Part shown: positions 1-10,224 of the stretch, piece by piece
Numbering within the stretch: the first letter of the stretch is position 1
Layout of the letters: the number at the start of each line of letters is the position of its first letter
Origin: Oopsacas minuta
Lineage: Eukaryota > Animalia > Porifera
Reading direction: 5' to 3'
Assembly: GCA_024704765.1 (NCBI GenBank)
Contig: JAKMXF010000365.1
Span: 992,001-1,056,000 of the forward strand
DNA: 64,000 nt
Program-made: the position numbers and the translations under genes
The notes under the pieces: generated by a model
What the model saw: only the letters and a program-made list of their open reading frames with translations
Databases searched by the model: none
What the model was told of the DNA's origin: nothing

Positions 1-1003
1 CTGCTACCATCATCCCATAATAAGTAGGTGCTAGTCTACATAAGAAATTAACTTGAAATCTAGTCCCTAGTTCAATTTCCGATATTAACAGCCCATGCAG
101 AATGCCAAAGCCATATATTCCGCAAGATAAAGCCTGGCCTTTCAATTTTGTAGCCTTTACAAGCCAATTTTCCGCATCTTTAGCTACATGTACATCCCAG
201 GTAGTAATGATTTCCTCAATACTCTTGATTGGTGTACTGAAGACATCTTGAGTGAATGGTATACCCTTTATCCAATTTTCTACAGCTATGTCAAAGTCTA
301 GAGGTACTCGCTCATCTGCTGGAAGAGGTATTTCCCATCTAGGGTCCGGAAGATAGAGCGGGAGTTCACAATCAGTTTTGTGTGTGTGTGCTAGATCTCC
401 GCTAACAACATACAACACTTTATGAGGCAAGTTTCTGATAAACTTTCCTATTGATCTACCTATCTGCACCCGTTCTGAGACGGGAGCTAACCCTTTTACA
501 AAATGGATTGGATTAGAAAATATAACCACTTTAACCCCAATTTTAGTTATCTCTTTAAGAAACCAGATCGGTATTACTTCACCCCAACGTAAGGGAATTT
601 CAGTTCTACTGAAAGCTGAAATACCTTCAGTAGGTATTCCATCCTTTCTAAGGTGTTCTACCAGTAAATTGGCAATATTTGAATCCAAATGAATATCAAC
701 TTCGAATTCTGACCAATTCTGATTCCATTCAGCATTCCCTTTAGCCTGTCCATTAACATAAACTCCAATTGAATCAGTGAGAGATATGCCATGTGGAGTG
801 TTTAGAATTATCAGATCGGGTTTGGATTCTGCCACAATTTTCACTGCTTTGATGCATGAATTGTATAATTCATTACAATCATATCGCAGTTGTTGTGGAA
901 ATTCTTGGATTCTCTTAGCTGCTACTTCACTCACATCGCAACTATGAATTCCATTGAATATCATAGCTCCATGAGGGAGAATCAAATAGCTACTATTTTT
1001 CAT
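1..1003 (-). CDS. LigB/MEMO-fold (class III extradiol dioxygenase-like, TTE1956-like) protein; 3' end runs off the window
   Basis: Not in the ORF track. My manual minus-strand translation from ATG at 1003 is open for 334 codons to the window edge: MKNSSYLILPHGAMIF...KPDLIILNTPHGISL...LRWGEVIPIWFL...LYVVSGDLAHTH...SCGIYGFGILHG...RLAPTYYGMMVA. The PHG, TPHG, SGDLxH and PTYYG motifs match the LigB-like/TTE1956-type family. Intronless in the visible part. Confidence 0.8.
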   Translation of the reverse strand, partial: MKNSSYLILPHGAMIFNGIHSCDVSEVAAKRIQEFPQQLRYDCNELYNSCIKAVKIVAESKPDLIILNTPHGISLTDSIGVYVNGQAKGNAEWNQNWSEFEVDIHLDSNIANLLVEHLRKDGIPTEGISAFSRTEIPLRWGEVIPIWFLKEITKIGVKVVIFSNPIHFVKGLAPVSERVQIGRSIGKFIRNLPHKVLYVVSGDLAHTHKTDCELPLYLPDPRWEIPLPADERVPLDFDIAVENWIKGIPFTQDVFSTPIKSIEEIITTWDVHVAKDAENWLVKATKLKGQALSCGIYGFGILHGLLISEIELGTRFQVNFLCRLAPTYYGMMVA

Positions 1004-1067
1004 CTCTGATAATATAGTTAAATAAAAAAAGTACGTTTGTCTCTCAAATTTATTATTGTAATAATCT

Positions 1068-1350
1068 TTAGTGATCTCCTATTTGGAGATGCACTAATGG
1101 CATAGACGATGTGTAACGTCCGTACCTCCGTCGGTCCGCGCGCCATAGGATTTGAGGATAGAACATGAATTTCAGTAGGAGACTAATAATATTAAATATC
1201 CTGAAATATTTATCAGACCCAGGGGCTCAAAATCAGTCGGGGTCTGATGCATTGTGGAATTTACACGGGGGTCAGGGGGGGTGTGCCCCCCGAAAAGAAC
1301 AAAAATACGCAACCCCGAGCTGCACTATCAGTCTGTCGGCTGGACATTTT
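1068..1350 (+). mobile_element. DINE-1/Helentron-like non-autonomous element (family A)
   Basis: 5' palindrome TTAGTG-ATCTCC tattt GGAGAT-gCACTAA, then CGTCC/GTCCG core repeats, and a 3' end GAGCTGCACTATCAGTCTGTCGGCTGGACATTTT. Similar ends recur at ~22240-22273 (+) and ~8915-8950 (-); the 5' end recurs at ~1848. Confidence 0.55.
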
Positions 1351-1847
1351 TCTATAATAATAATCTGGAGAAATGCAAGGTAGAGTGCATTGAATAAAGT
1401 GCCAAGTAGATGTGAGCATTGAAAAGTTATAGTGTGATGAAGTGGCAGCGGGGATGTACTACTCCCAGGGGGTTCAGGCGCTGAGGTTGATGTGGCAGAC
1501 TATAGATGGGACAGGTATGAATGTGGTTATCAGGCAAACTCTTCGAGAAGTAACAACTGTTCACATAGATACCACTGAACAATCGGTGTCCTGGCTGATT
1601 TTTAAAGTGCCCAAGGAATATGGTAATCTTTGACAACACTAGTGGTCTTTCCGAATTTCGATGCCCTCACTCCATGAATAAAGAACCTTGGCGGGAGCAA
1701 CCTGCCTAGGGACAAATGCACCAGCCTGCTTGATATGGAAAATCTGTGAAGGCTCCTCTGCAACCGCCTCTCCAATATTGAGTACACCTGTTCATAGTCG
1801 ATGGAATAAGGACACGGAAAGTGTATCCCAAAGGTAGAAAACCGTGT

Positions 1848-2490
1848 TTTAGTGTAGCTCCTATAGGAGATGCCCTAATGGCATGGATGATGTGCGACGT
1901 CAGTACCTCGGTCCGTCCGTCTGCGCGGACTTGCGAAATCTAGCAGTCGAATGAACATGAAACTTGGCATACATATACATTTTTGGTCGGAGATTTGCAC
2001 CTCGGGATGAAGTTTTTCAAAAGTGAATATTTCACACCTTTCTATGTAAAATACAAATGCAAGCTAGAGATTAGGATTCAACATGTTAGGAACTCAGGGG
2101 TAATTGAGTGCGTAAAGTCCGATTTCGAGAATTTCAGAGTCTGAAAGTTATAAATTCACAGATTTATCGCATGAATAATCATATTTTCACTACCTTTTTG
2201 CATTTTATTCAAAATCATGTTAGAGATTTTGTTTTAGCTGCTATTCAGGGGTAATCGAGTATTGTAGATTTCAGAGCCAACTTTTGCACAAATAAATGCT
2301 TACTAGACATATATAGTGACTAATTACTGAAAACTTTCAGCATAAAATGGTTTATAATTATTTAGGCAAAAATACACCATTTCTGCAATTTAAAACTCAA
2401 ATAATATTTGTTCGATCGGCTAAACTTCTATCCCAAAATCCACAATTTATTGTCAACAAGCCTTATGTATAGTAGGCTATGGGTCTGCAT
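1848..2490 (+). mobile_element. Longer family-A DINE-1/Helentron-like element
   Basis: Starts with the same CTCCTATAGGAGATG palindrome and GTCCGTCCGTCTG core. Internal modules (TAAATGCTTACTAGAC, TTCTGCAAT, CCTTATGTATAGTAGGCTATGG) recur in the same order in the arm of the 19.6-20.7 kb palindrome. The right boundary is approximate. Confidence 0.5.
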
Positions 2491-2843
2491 TAAGTAGCTC
2501 AAAATTTGAGTAGCGCATCCACTGTATTCTATATAAGGGGGTGGGTAACACAAGAGCAATTTCCTCAAACTTGTCTGAATAGAGTTAATAGACAGTTAAA
2601 CAACGCTGAAATAACACTTAGGCGGTGAAAAATAGAGAAAATCCGTCAATTTCTGTCTCAACAAGCTAAATAGCCTCAAATACAGCTCGTGCGCTACTCA
2701 AATCAAGCGCACACTCTTAAATATAATATATCAAACATATAATATATAAATACGCACATGATATCAAACACAGGGATACAATAATATATAGAAAACATCA
2801 CTAATACATATTAAATCCAGTCAAATATATATCAGCTGATCTC

Positions 2844-3551
2844 TTATAATTTTGGCAATTTGGCTTCTTCAATAAAGAAATACTTAGAGCTGACATTTGG
2901 ATCATGAGATTCTAATAAATCACGAACATTAGACAATAAATATGGCCTCCTTGTAATAATAGCATTGATCAGATAGGTGGGCAGATAACCCTTCAAATCA
3001 CCTGAACTTACAGTAATTAATTCACAACTGGTGTTAGCTTCATTGCTTATGTTTAATGTACCGCCAAATGTTGCTGATCTTACGGATCCTGGAGTGACTG
3101 GTACAAAATCGTCAGGGATAGAAGTATACATTGTTAAACGGGTTTTTGGGTCAATAAAAGTACATTTGTAGGCGACAATTAGCTCTCTAGGAGCTATGGG
3201 CCAAGGCAAAGTGTATGAAACTCTGTATATATATAGTTCAGGACCAAATTCTTGTAACAACTCCACACCTGTACAATGTGAATCCATAGCCATATTATTC
3301 CTAGCATCTATCGCGTATCTCCATGCTAATTCTGCTGGAACATTTACTGATACACGGCCCCTTGAGAGGCCATTGGTTGGGCTACCGTCAGTGGGAGTAT
3401 ACTTCCAGACCTCTACACCCTCAGCTGTCTCCACATACTTCCAGCCATCTGCTTCTGTAGCTTTTGTGTATTTCAGGAATTTCTCTGTGCAATTTTCCAA
3501 CAGACTAGTCAGAGAAGATTTATCGATATCAACTGAGAGCTTGGCTGCCAT
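2844..3551 (-). CDS. START-domain-only lipid-binding protein, copy 1 (235 aa, MAAKL...)
   Basis: GW...GVEVWK, LPWPIAPRE and GDLKGYLPTYLIN motifs of PCTP/STARD10-like START domains. The true start is likely ATG 3551, because similarity to copy 2 begins just upstream of it. Intronless. Confidence 0.88.
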   Translation of the reverse strand: MAAKLSVDIDKSSLTSLLENCTEKFLKYTKATEADGWKYVETAEGVEVWKYTPTDGSPTNGLSRGRVSVNVPAELAWRYAIDARNNMAMDSHCTGVELLQEFGPELYIYRVSYTLPWPIAPRELIVAYKCTFIDPKTRLTMYTSIPDDFVPVTPGSVRSATFGGTLNISNEANTSCELITVSSGDLKGYLPTYLINAIITRRPYLLSNVRDLLESHDPNVSSKYFFIEEAKLPKL

Positions 3552-3606
3552 ATATAGATCACTAATATTGGAAAAGTAGAATACAATAGAAATATAATTA
3601 GTTAAT

Positions 3607-3625
3607 TCAATGAGTAATCGTGTAC
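3607..3625 (-). promoter_or_regulatory. Conserved 19-bp upstream motif GTACACGATTACTCATTGA (gene-sense)
   Basis: Identical in copy 1 (3607-3625), copy 2 (7871-7889) and copy 3 (9399-9417), about 56-76 bp upstream of each ATG. Flanks differ between copies 1 and 2. It contains an AP-1/ATF-like TTACTCA core. Confidence 0.5.
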
Positions 3626-3849
3626 GGTGATTTGTTTGTTTGTGTACATGATTAGAGGAATTAGTATCCAGCACAAGCTGCGGAGGTACATTGTTGAAAG
3701 TCGCACACGAAAATATTCCCTGCTAACTTCACAACCATAGTATAATTAATAATATACAAATGGCATACCAAGGTTACCAAAGTTGTACACAAGTGTCTTA
3801 CTTCCACAGTCATTATGAATATACTGATTCTAGTTCCTCATAAAGCTGT

Positions 3850-4081
3850 GCAGCTGTTCCGCGTCAAGTAGGAATTAATGCATTGTGAAACGAACCCTGT
3901 ATTTCCAACTTATTTGACAATGATAATGATCGAATTACTCCCTAATGACATGTCTGACACTGGTCCAAGAAAAAATTCTTCACCACAATCCAAATACTAA
4001 TGAAGTAACACACAAAAACCACAGTAAACGCATTTAATTAACTAGTATGCCAAATTTCTACTTGACGCGGGACATAGCTAC
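3850..4081. mobile_element. MITE with ~27-bp imperfect terminal inverted repeats
   Basis: GCAGCTGTTCCGCGTCAAGTAGGAATT (3850-3876) is the near reverse complement of AATTTCTACTTGACGCGGGACATAGCTAC (4053-4081). Confidence 0.55.
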
Positions 4082-5074
4082 TAATTGCTCTTTACACAAT
4101 ATACCTAGAATAAAGAATCATAAATAATATTATAATAAAATGTTGTAACCAACAGAGTTCCTAGAAATCATGGATGAAAGCACGTGTAGTTACACTAAGT
4201 TTGCACGTTTACAAATTATATATTTGCCGCTAAGTAAATTTCAATTAGTTTCACAAAATTAAAGGTGGGTAACAATAGAAAGATAATTAATGTATTAGCA
4301 ATATAGCTTATCGGTCTGGGGGCTACGTCCCTTTGAAAATGTACGTAGAATTTGAAAATTAATAATATGACAAAAATTCCTAAAATGCAGTGCTTCCGTA
4401 TTTTATAATTCAATAAGATTATAAGATTGAATAATTGTACCTCTGGTGTAATTGGATCGATCTTTAATAGTATCTAATCGAGATTGCGAAGGGAATACAA
4501 ATTTTAAGTGTTGATGCTTAAGTGTGTCATGGGGATATATTAGGTGAGGACAGAAGGTCCGAGGTCAAGTTGTGTGTATCGCGAGTAAAGCGGATCAATT
4601 TGTGCCAATATTGATATTATCTGAGAATGGTGAGGCATGGATATCGTTACACACAGGGGCGTAGCAAGCCGTTTCCTATTGGTCACGTTAGTCTATACAA
4701 ATATATGTATATGGAGCTACCAAAAGTTTGGTTGAAACCTAACCAACTGTAGCGTCTCGTACGGATATGTACATGGGCGCAGAAAGTACCTAATGTCAGG
4801 GGGTGTACCTAATTAACTACTAGCATGGGTATACCCTCCCTGAGTCTCTGACCCTCACAGTTTCGGCGTTCATGGTTGTAATATCATCTTGTTCTTGCAA
4901 ATCAGAGTGCTGGAATAAGGAAATTGTACAGTAGCTAAAATACAAAGCAGCAATACTCGTTGCTTTACTGGCCAGGAGGAGTATGCCCTTCCTGATTGTT
5001 TCCTCAGTCAGGAGGTAATACCACCCTGGCAAAAACCAGAGTGTCAAACCCCCCCTAACCATGTAACAACTTAT

Positions 5075-7215
5075 AAACGCTAAGCTTTCATGAAGGTGTA
5101 CTATACGTATATCACATACAAAAAGTGCAGGATGTGCTCCTAGAATAAGGAAAATTAGAATTTGTTGTTGGGTTAGATGCCTATTAATATAGTAATTATA
5201 CTAGTGATGTATTATTGGGTTTCATTGTCGTATTAGTTTAGAGGCTTGATTGTGAAATTAGGTCACTATTACACAAAGCCTTAATTATTCAATGATTAGC
5301 TGCATATCATCCTTCTTTTATAGAAAGAAAGGATGGATTAACTAAATTGGCATCTCATATGTTGCAAGATTCCCGAGATGAATCCAAAGAATATTTTATG
5401 AATGAATTAAATGTCAGAGCTGAGCCTGTGACGAAACCCATGTTATGATGATTTACAGATAACTCTCTATAATCACAAAAACTATTTCATAACAGTAATC
5501 AATGTAAAGTTGGAAAACAAACATAGCATACAAATTGAATAGCAAAATTTGCATTTTATGATTGTCCCCTACACAAAATAACTAATTTTTTTTCACATTT
5601 CTGTACAAAGCTAGTGTGACGATTGTGTACAGACAGAGCAACGTTAGTGTACAAATATATGGTACATAAGTGCAGTATGATTGTACACAAAAGTCGCACT
5701 AGCTTTGTAAAATTATGACAATCGTGAAATAGTGAGATAAAAATCCAAATAATCACCAATTATAACAAATATTCATAACTAATCCAATCAATACACCATT
5801 CACCAAGTAGATGTAGATTGAAAATACCCAATTTTACAACCAGGAGATAGTCAGACATCCGGATAACATCCAGCATTTAGGAGCAATATTTACACTAATC
5901 CAAGGTAAAAAAAGCTAATGCAACCTTTGTGTACAGATATATCTATATTATTAAAACTCCATTATTGTGTGTTCGTTTGTCCACTTTGTATTGTAATAAT
6001 AGGGGAAGATGATCTGCGTATATAAAATAGAGAATAAAATAGCCTTCTGTTGACGATATGGGAAAGGTAAACAATTACATTAGGGTAATCGAGTATGTTG
6101 ATTGCGAATATGATATTGTAAACAACATGTGATGAATATTTTTATTATATGATTAATCACATTTTCACACCTCTCGGATGATAATTCAAACGATGCTAGA
6201 GAATTCGTTGCAACGGCATTATGGGATAATCAGGTACGCTGATTCCGAATTTCGCCCTTTCAATGTACTCATTGGTAAATAATAGTTGGTCTTATGAAAA
6301 TATTCGAGGCATGAAGTGTCAAGTTCATGCGAAAACTCTAAGCCGCCTAGAGCGAGCAATTTATTGCTATATGGGGAAACTTCTTACACATATGTACGAC
6401 TGTACTTATATAGTACGTGTATAAATTCCAGAGTGTGGAGTTTCTCAAACGTTTTAATGAACTTAAAGGAAGCTTTAGTACGAAGGATAAATACTTGGCT
6501 ACGCACAATCACCAACCAAGTTCGCCTCAACTCTTCTATTACACTCAGTGCCGGATAAATTACATAGGAGCCCTGGAGTTTATACAAGGACCCCCTTTTT
6601 ACAAGTAACATTACAAATTTGAATTGAAATTCGCGCTTCGCGGATAATAAGAAGAAATGCAAAATTTGATTTCAGGGTCTGTTATTACAGTGTAGCTGAT
6701 GAGAACAATTCTCTACCAATATTTTGAGATTTGAATATTTTGTTCACTTAATAGTTAATACATAGTTATGCGAAATCTCTGATTGAGAAACTCTAATTCA
6801 ATGCCGATACCCTCCTTTCCTTGACAACAAATAAACACACATATAACATTGAGCTTAATAATATCGATCCTTGTATTCTTGGGAATATTGCCTGTAATTA
6901 ATTAAATAAATTCGACACCAGCTTATTTAACCCATTCAGTCTTTCCTCTTTCTATGAAAGAAGGATGATTACAGCTATATTGGATAATTAACGCTTTGTA
7001 TTTTATAAATGTATATTCTTGATCTATTTACACAATCGAATCACAAGACTAATTTAACCATCCTTGTAATTATTACTCTACTTTCAAGTATATAAATACT
7101 TAATTAATAGGCATCTTAGCTAAGAACAATTTATTAATTCTCTAATCAAGGAGGAATCTAAAGCCCTATACCTTCTGTTTATGATATACATACTAGTAAA
7201 CCTTCATTTTATAGG
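5075..7215. repeat. Old inverted duplication arms (~5075-5390 vs ~6865-7215) between the head-to-head START genes
   Basis: Collinear reverse-complement blocks, e.g. ATCATCCTTCTTTTATAGAAAG (~5305) vs CTTTCTATGAAAGAAGGATGAT (~6950), ATGCCTATTAAT (~5177) vs ATTAATAGGCAT (~7104), and ATGAAGGTGTACTA (~5090) vs TAGTAAACCTTCAT (~7195). Identity looks clearly lower than in the coding regions; I did not compute it. Confidence 0.6.
5942..6355 (+). mobile_element. Non-autonomous Helitron-like element (family B)
   Basis: A|TCTATATTATTAAAAC 5' end followed by GTGTGTTCGTTTGTCC, an internal GCTGATTCCGAATTT module, and a degenerate 3' CGAGGCATGAAGTGTC...GCCGCCTAGAGCG segment like the copy at 44311-44805. 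Fragments also occur at ~6770-6850, ~10900-11045 and 25878. Confidence 0.55.
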
Positions 7216-7946
7216 ATATACGTTAGGGCGACCATTATACAGGATTTATCTTGGACACTACAGGATTTTCGGCAAATTTCATATTTGTCCAGGGTTGTAA
7301 TGCACAAGTACAGGATTCTTGAGTTAAAATTTTGAATATGAATTAAGTGATTAAGGATCCATGCCCTTGAGGATGTAGTTGAATATACCCTAAGTACGAT
7401 TGTTACACATAATAACTCATTTTACGGCCTGCATACAGCTATTAATATATAATCTTGATTACACATAGCTATTCCATTTACTTTTCAGAAAATATACAGG
7501 AACTTTTTAATCTGGCTATCAATACAAGCAGCAACCATGATCTTAAACGAGATTCATGATATTTCTATTACAAATTAAAACTCCATTTTATAGTTTTATA
7601 CATATATGCTCAAATGTACAGGATTAAGACCTAATCATGCCATTAACTCAAACATACAGTGATCAGAGGGAGATATTTTATGTAAAGAGATATTTGTGCC
7701 ATAGATATTTTTCCAGAGTATTTTAATGCATTGTTCGAGTTCCAGGGAGGAAATTTCCGCCATTTCACACAAAAGTTGCACTAGTTTAGTATTGTCATAC
7801 TTCCACAATGATTTTAAACATACAATTCCAGTTCCTCAATAAATCTTCTACATAAACTAACAAGTCCACAGTACACGATTACTCATTGAGTTTAGTAGCA
7901 TATCATATTCCAATTGTATTCAAAAAAACTTAATAGTGCTCTATAT

Positions 7947-8654
7947 ATGGCAGCCAAGCTCTCAGTTGATATCGATAAATCTTCTCTGACTAGTCTGTTG
8001 GAAAATTGCACAGAGAAATTCCTGAAATACACAAAGGCCACAGAAGCAGATGGCTGGAAGTATGCTAACACGGAGAATGGTGTAGAGGTGTGGAAGTATT
8101 CTCCCACTGACGGTAGCCCAACCAATGGCCTCGCAAGAGGACGTATACCAGTAAAAGTTCCACCAGAATTAGCATGGAGATATGTGATAGATGCTAGAAA
8201 TAATATGGCTATGGATTCACATTGTACAGGTGTGGAGTTGTTACAAGAATTTGGTCCTGAACTATATATATACAGAATTTCATACTCTTTGCCTTGGCCC
8301 ATAACTCCTAGAGAGTTAATTGTTGCTTACAATTGTACTTTTATTGACCCAAAAACCCGTTTAACTTTGTTTACTTCTATTCCTGAAGAATTTGTACCAG
8401 TCACTCCAGGATTCGTGAGAGCAGAATCATTCGGCGGCATTTTGAACATAAGTAATGAAGCTAACACCAGTTGTGAATTAATTTCTGTAAGTTCAGGTGA
8501 TTTGAAGGGTTATCTGCCCACCTATCTGATCAATGCTATTATTACAAGGAGGCCATATTTATTGTCTAAAGTTCGTGATTTATTAGAATCTCATGATCCA
8601 AATGTCAGCTCTAAGTATTTCTTTATTGAAGAAGCCAAATTGCCCAAACTATAA
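7947..8654 (+). CDS. START-domain-only lipid-binding protein, copy 2 (235 aa)
   Basis: 26 amino-acid differences from copy 1 by my manual count (~89% identity). It shares ~100 bp of 3' UTR with copy 1. Intronless. Confidence 0.88.
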   Translation: MAAKLSVDIDKSSLTSLLENCTEKFLKYTKATEADGWKYANTENGVEVWKYSPTDGSPTNGLARGRIPVKVPPELAWRYVIDARNNMAMDSHCTGVELLQEFGPELYIYRISYSLPWPITPRELIVAYNCTFIDPKTRLTLFTSIPEEFVPVTPGFVRAESFGGILNISNEANTSCELISVSSGDLKGYLPTYLINAIITRRPYLLSKVRDLLESHDPNVSSKYFFIEEAKLPKL

Positions 8655-9080
8655 GAGATCAGCTGATATATATTTGACTGGATTTACATATTTAGTGATA
8701 TTTCTATTATTGTATACTCACATGTGTGTTGATATATTCTATTGTATGTTAAGTATATTGTTTCCTTCTAAGTTGCAACTGTACCAGACCATTATGTATC
8801 CTAAGTTATATGGTAGCAAACGGATTTAGCCTTCAACCAGTTGAGTAACTTGTTATAATTGTCATATTTATCTGAGATGAGATGTTTTTATGTTATTTTA
8901 CAGGTTTCAAAATACAATGTTCAGTCGACCTACTGGTAGTGCAGCTCCTGGTCTTTTTTATTTTGTCGAACGAAATTACCGGATAGCTTCATATCTTTGA
9001 TTTCTTTTCCTAAAGGCAAAATATACATGGTTGTTTGTTTCGATTGCCTTGTTAAATAGTATTCATGGGTTATTTGGCTG

Positions 9081-9341
9081 TTAGAGTAATATGTTGTTTT
9101 GTGAATCATATTCAGCTAATTCTGGTAGAACTTTTACTGATACACGGCCTCTTGAGAGGCCATTGGTTGGGCTACCGTCAGTGGGAGAATACTTCCACAC
9201 CTCTACACCATTCTCCGTGTTAGCATACTTCCAGCCATCTGCTTCTGTGGCCTTTGTGTATTTCAGGAATTTCTCTGTGCAATTTTCCAACAGACTAGTC
9301 AGAGAAGATTTATCGATATCAACTGAGAGCTTGGCTGCCAT
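9081..9341 (-). pseudogene. 3'-truncated START copy 3
   Basis: Lies in a 493-bp inverted duplicate (9115-9607) of 7681-8173 that carries the promoter and first ~76 codons. Homology stops at ...VLPELA, followed by unrelated EYDSQNNILL*. Confidence 0.85.
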
Positions 9342-10000
9342 ATATAGAGCACTATTAAGTTTTTTTGAATACAATTGGAATATGATATGCTACTAAACTC
9401 AATGAGTAATCGTGTACTGTGGACTTGTTAGTTTATGTAGAAGATTTATTGAGGAACTGGAATTGTATGTTTAAAATCATTGTGGAAGTATGACAATACT
9501 AAACTAGTGCAACTTTTGTGTGAAATGGCGGAAATTTCCTCCCTGGAACTCGAACAATGCATTAAAATACCCTGGAATTACATCTATGGCACAAATGTCT
9601 CTTTACACGAATATCTTCCTCCATTACTGAAGTATGAATATATCAAATACTTTAAGGAATTGCTAAGATCTAGCAACATACGTATTATATATGCCTGCAG
9701 GATATTTCGTGACTGTAATTACAAAATTTAATTCTGTTGTTAGAAGCATCAATGCCATGTAGCTACTAATTGTTCTTTACTCAATACGAGTGAGCAACGC
9801 TTGCTAGCGCTGCACTGCTTGCGATACTTTTTCTGTGAAATTCTTACAATAAAGAACAATAAAAATATAAATTCTCGTCCCCAGCTCCGGTATCTTGAAA
9901 TTTATGAATGAGAAACAAGTACTTGTAATTTCCTTTACATAAACTCGATTTTGAATATATAATTTTAAATAATATGAATATGTCTAAAATACAGTACATA

Positions 10001-10224
10001 CCGTAGTACCTCGAATAATAGCTGGGACGATTATTGATTTCAATCCCCTTAAGAGGGAAGCTTTGAATTTTGTAAACACGATAATTTCTATATAATCATA
10101 CCTATATGGTTGCATTATGTGTATTTATCCTAACAAACAGTAGATTGACCAAATAAAGGGCAATAACGATTCACTTAAAAGCAGTTTTTTTTAGCTTCGG
10201 GGGGCTAATTTCGAGGTAATACGG
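10001..10224. mobile_element. Tc1/pogo-type MITE
   Basis: TA|CCGTAGTACCTCGAA ... TTCGAGGTAATACGG|TA: 14/15-bp TIRs with a TA target duplication. Confidence 0.65.

Noticed and set aside
1400-1830. GC-richer coding-like stretch (ORF 1442-1633), and similar ones at 4820-5062 and 50893-51285
   Set aside because: They are short or interrupted by stops, with no motif I can assign. They may be decayed gene or TE fragments, but I cannot support them as features.
3196-3579. ORFs 3196-3579, 7892-8302 and 9091-9396
   Set aside because: These are antisense shadows of the START coding sequences; their mutual similarity just reflects the duplication.
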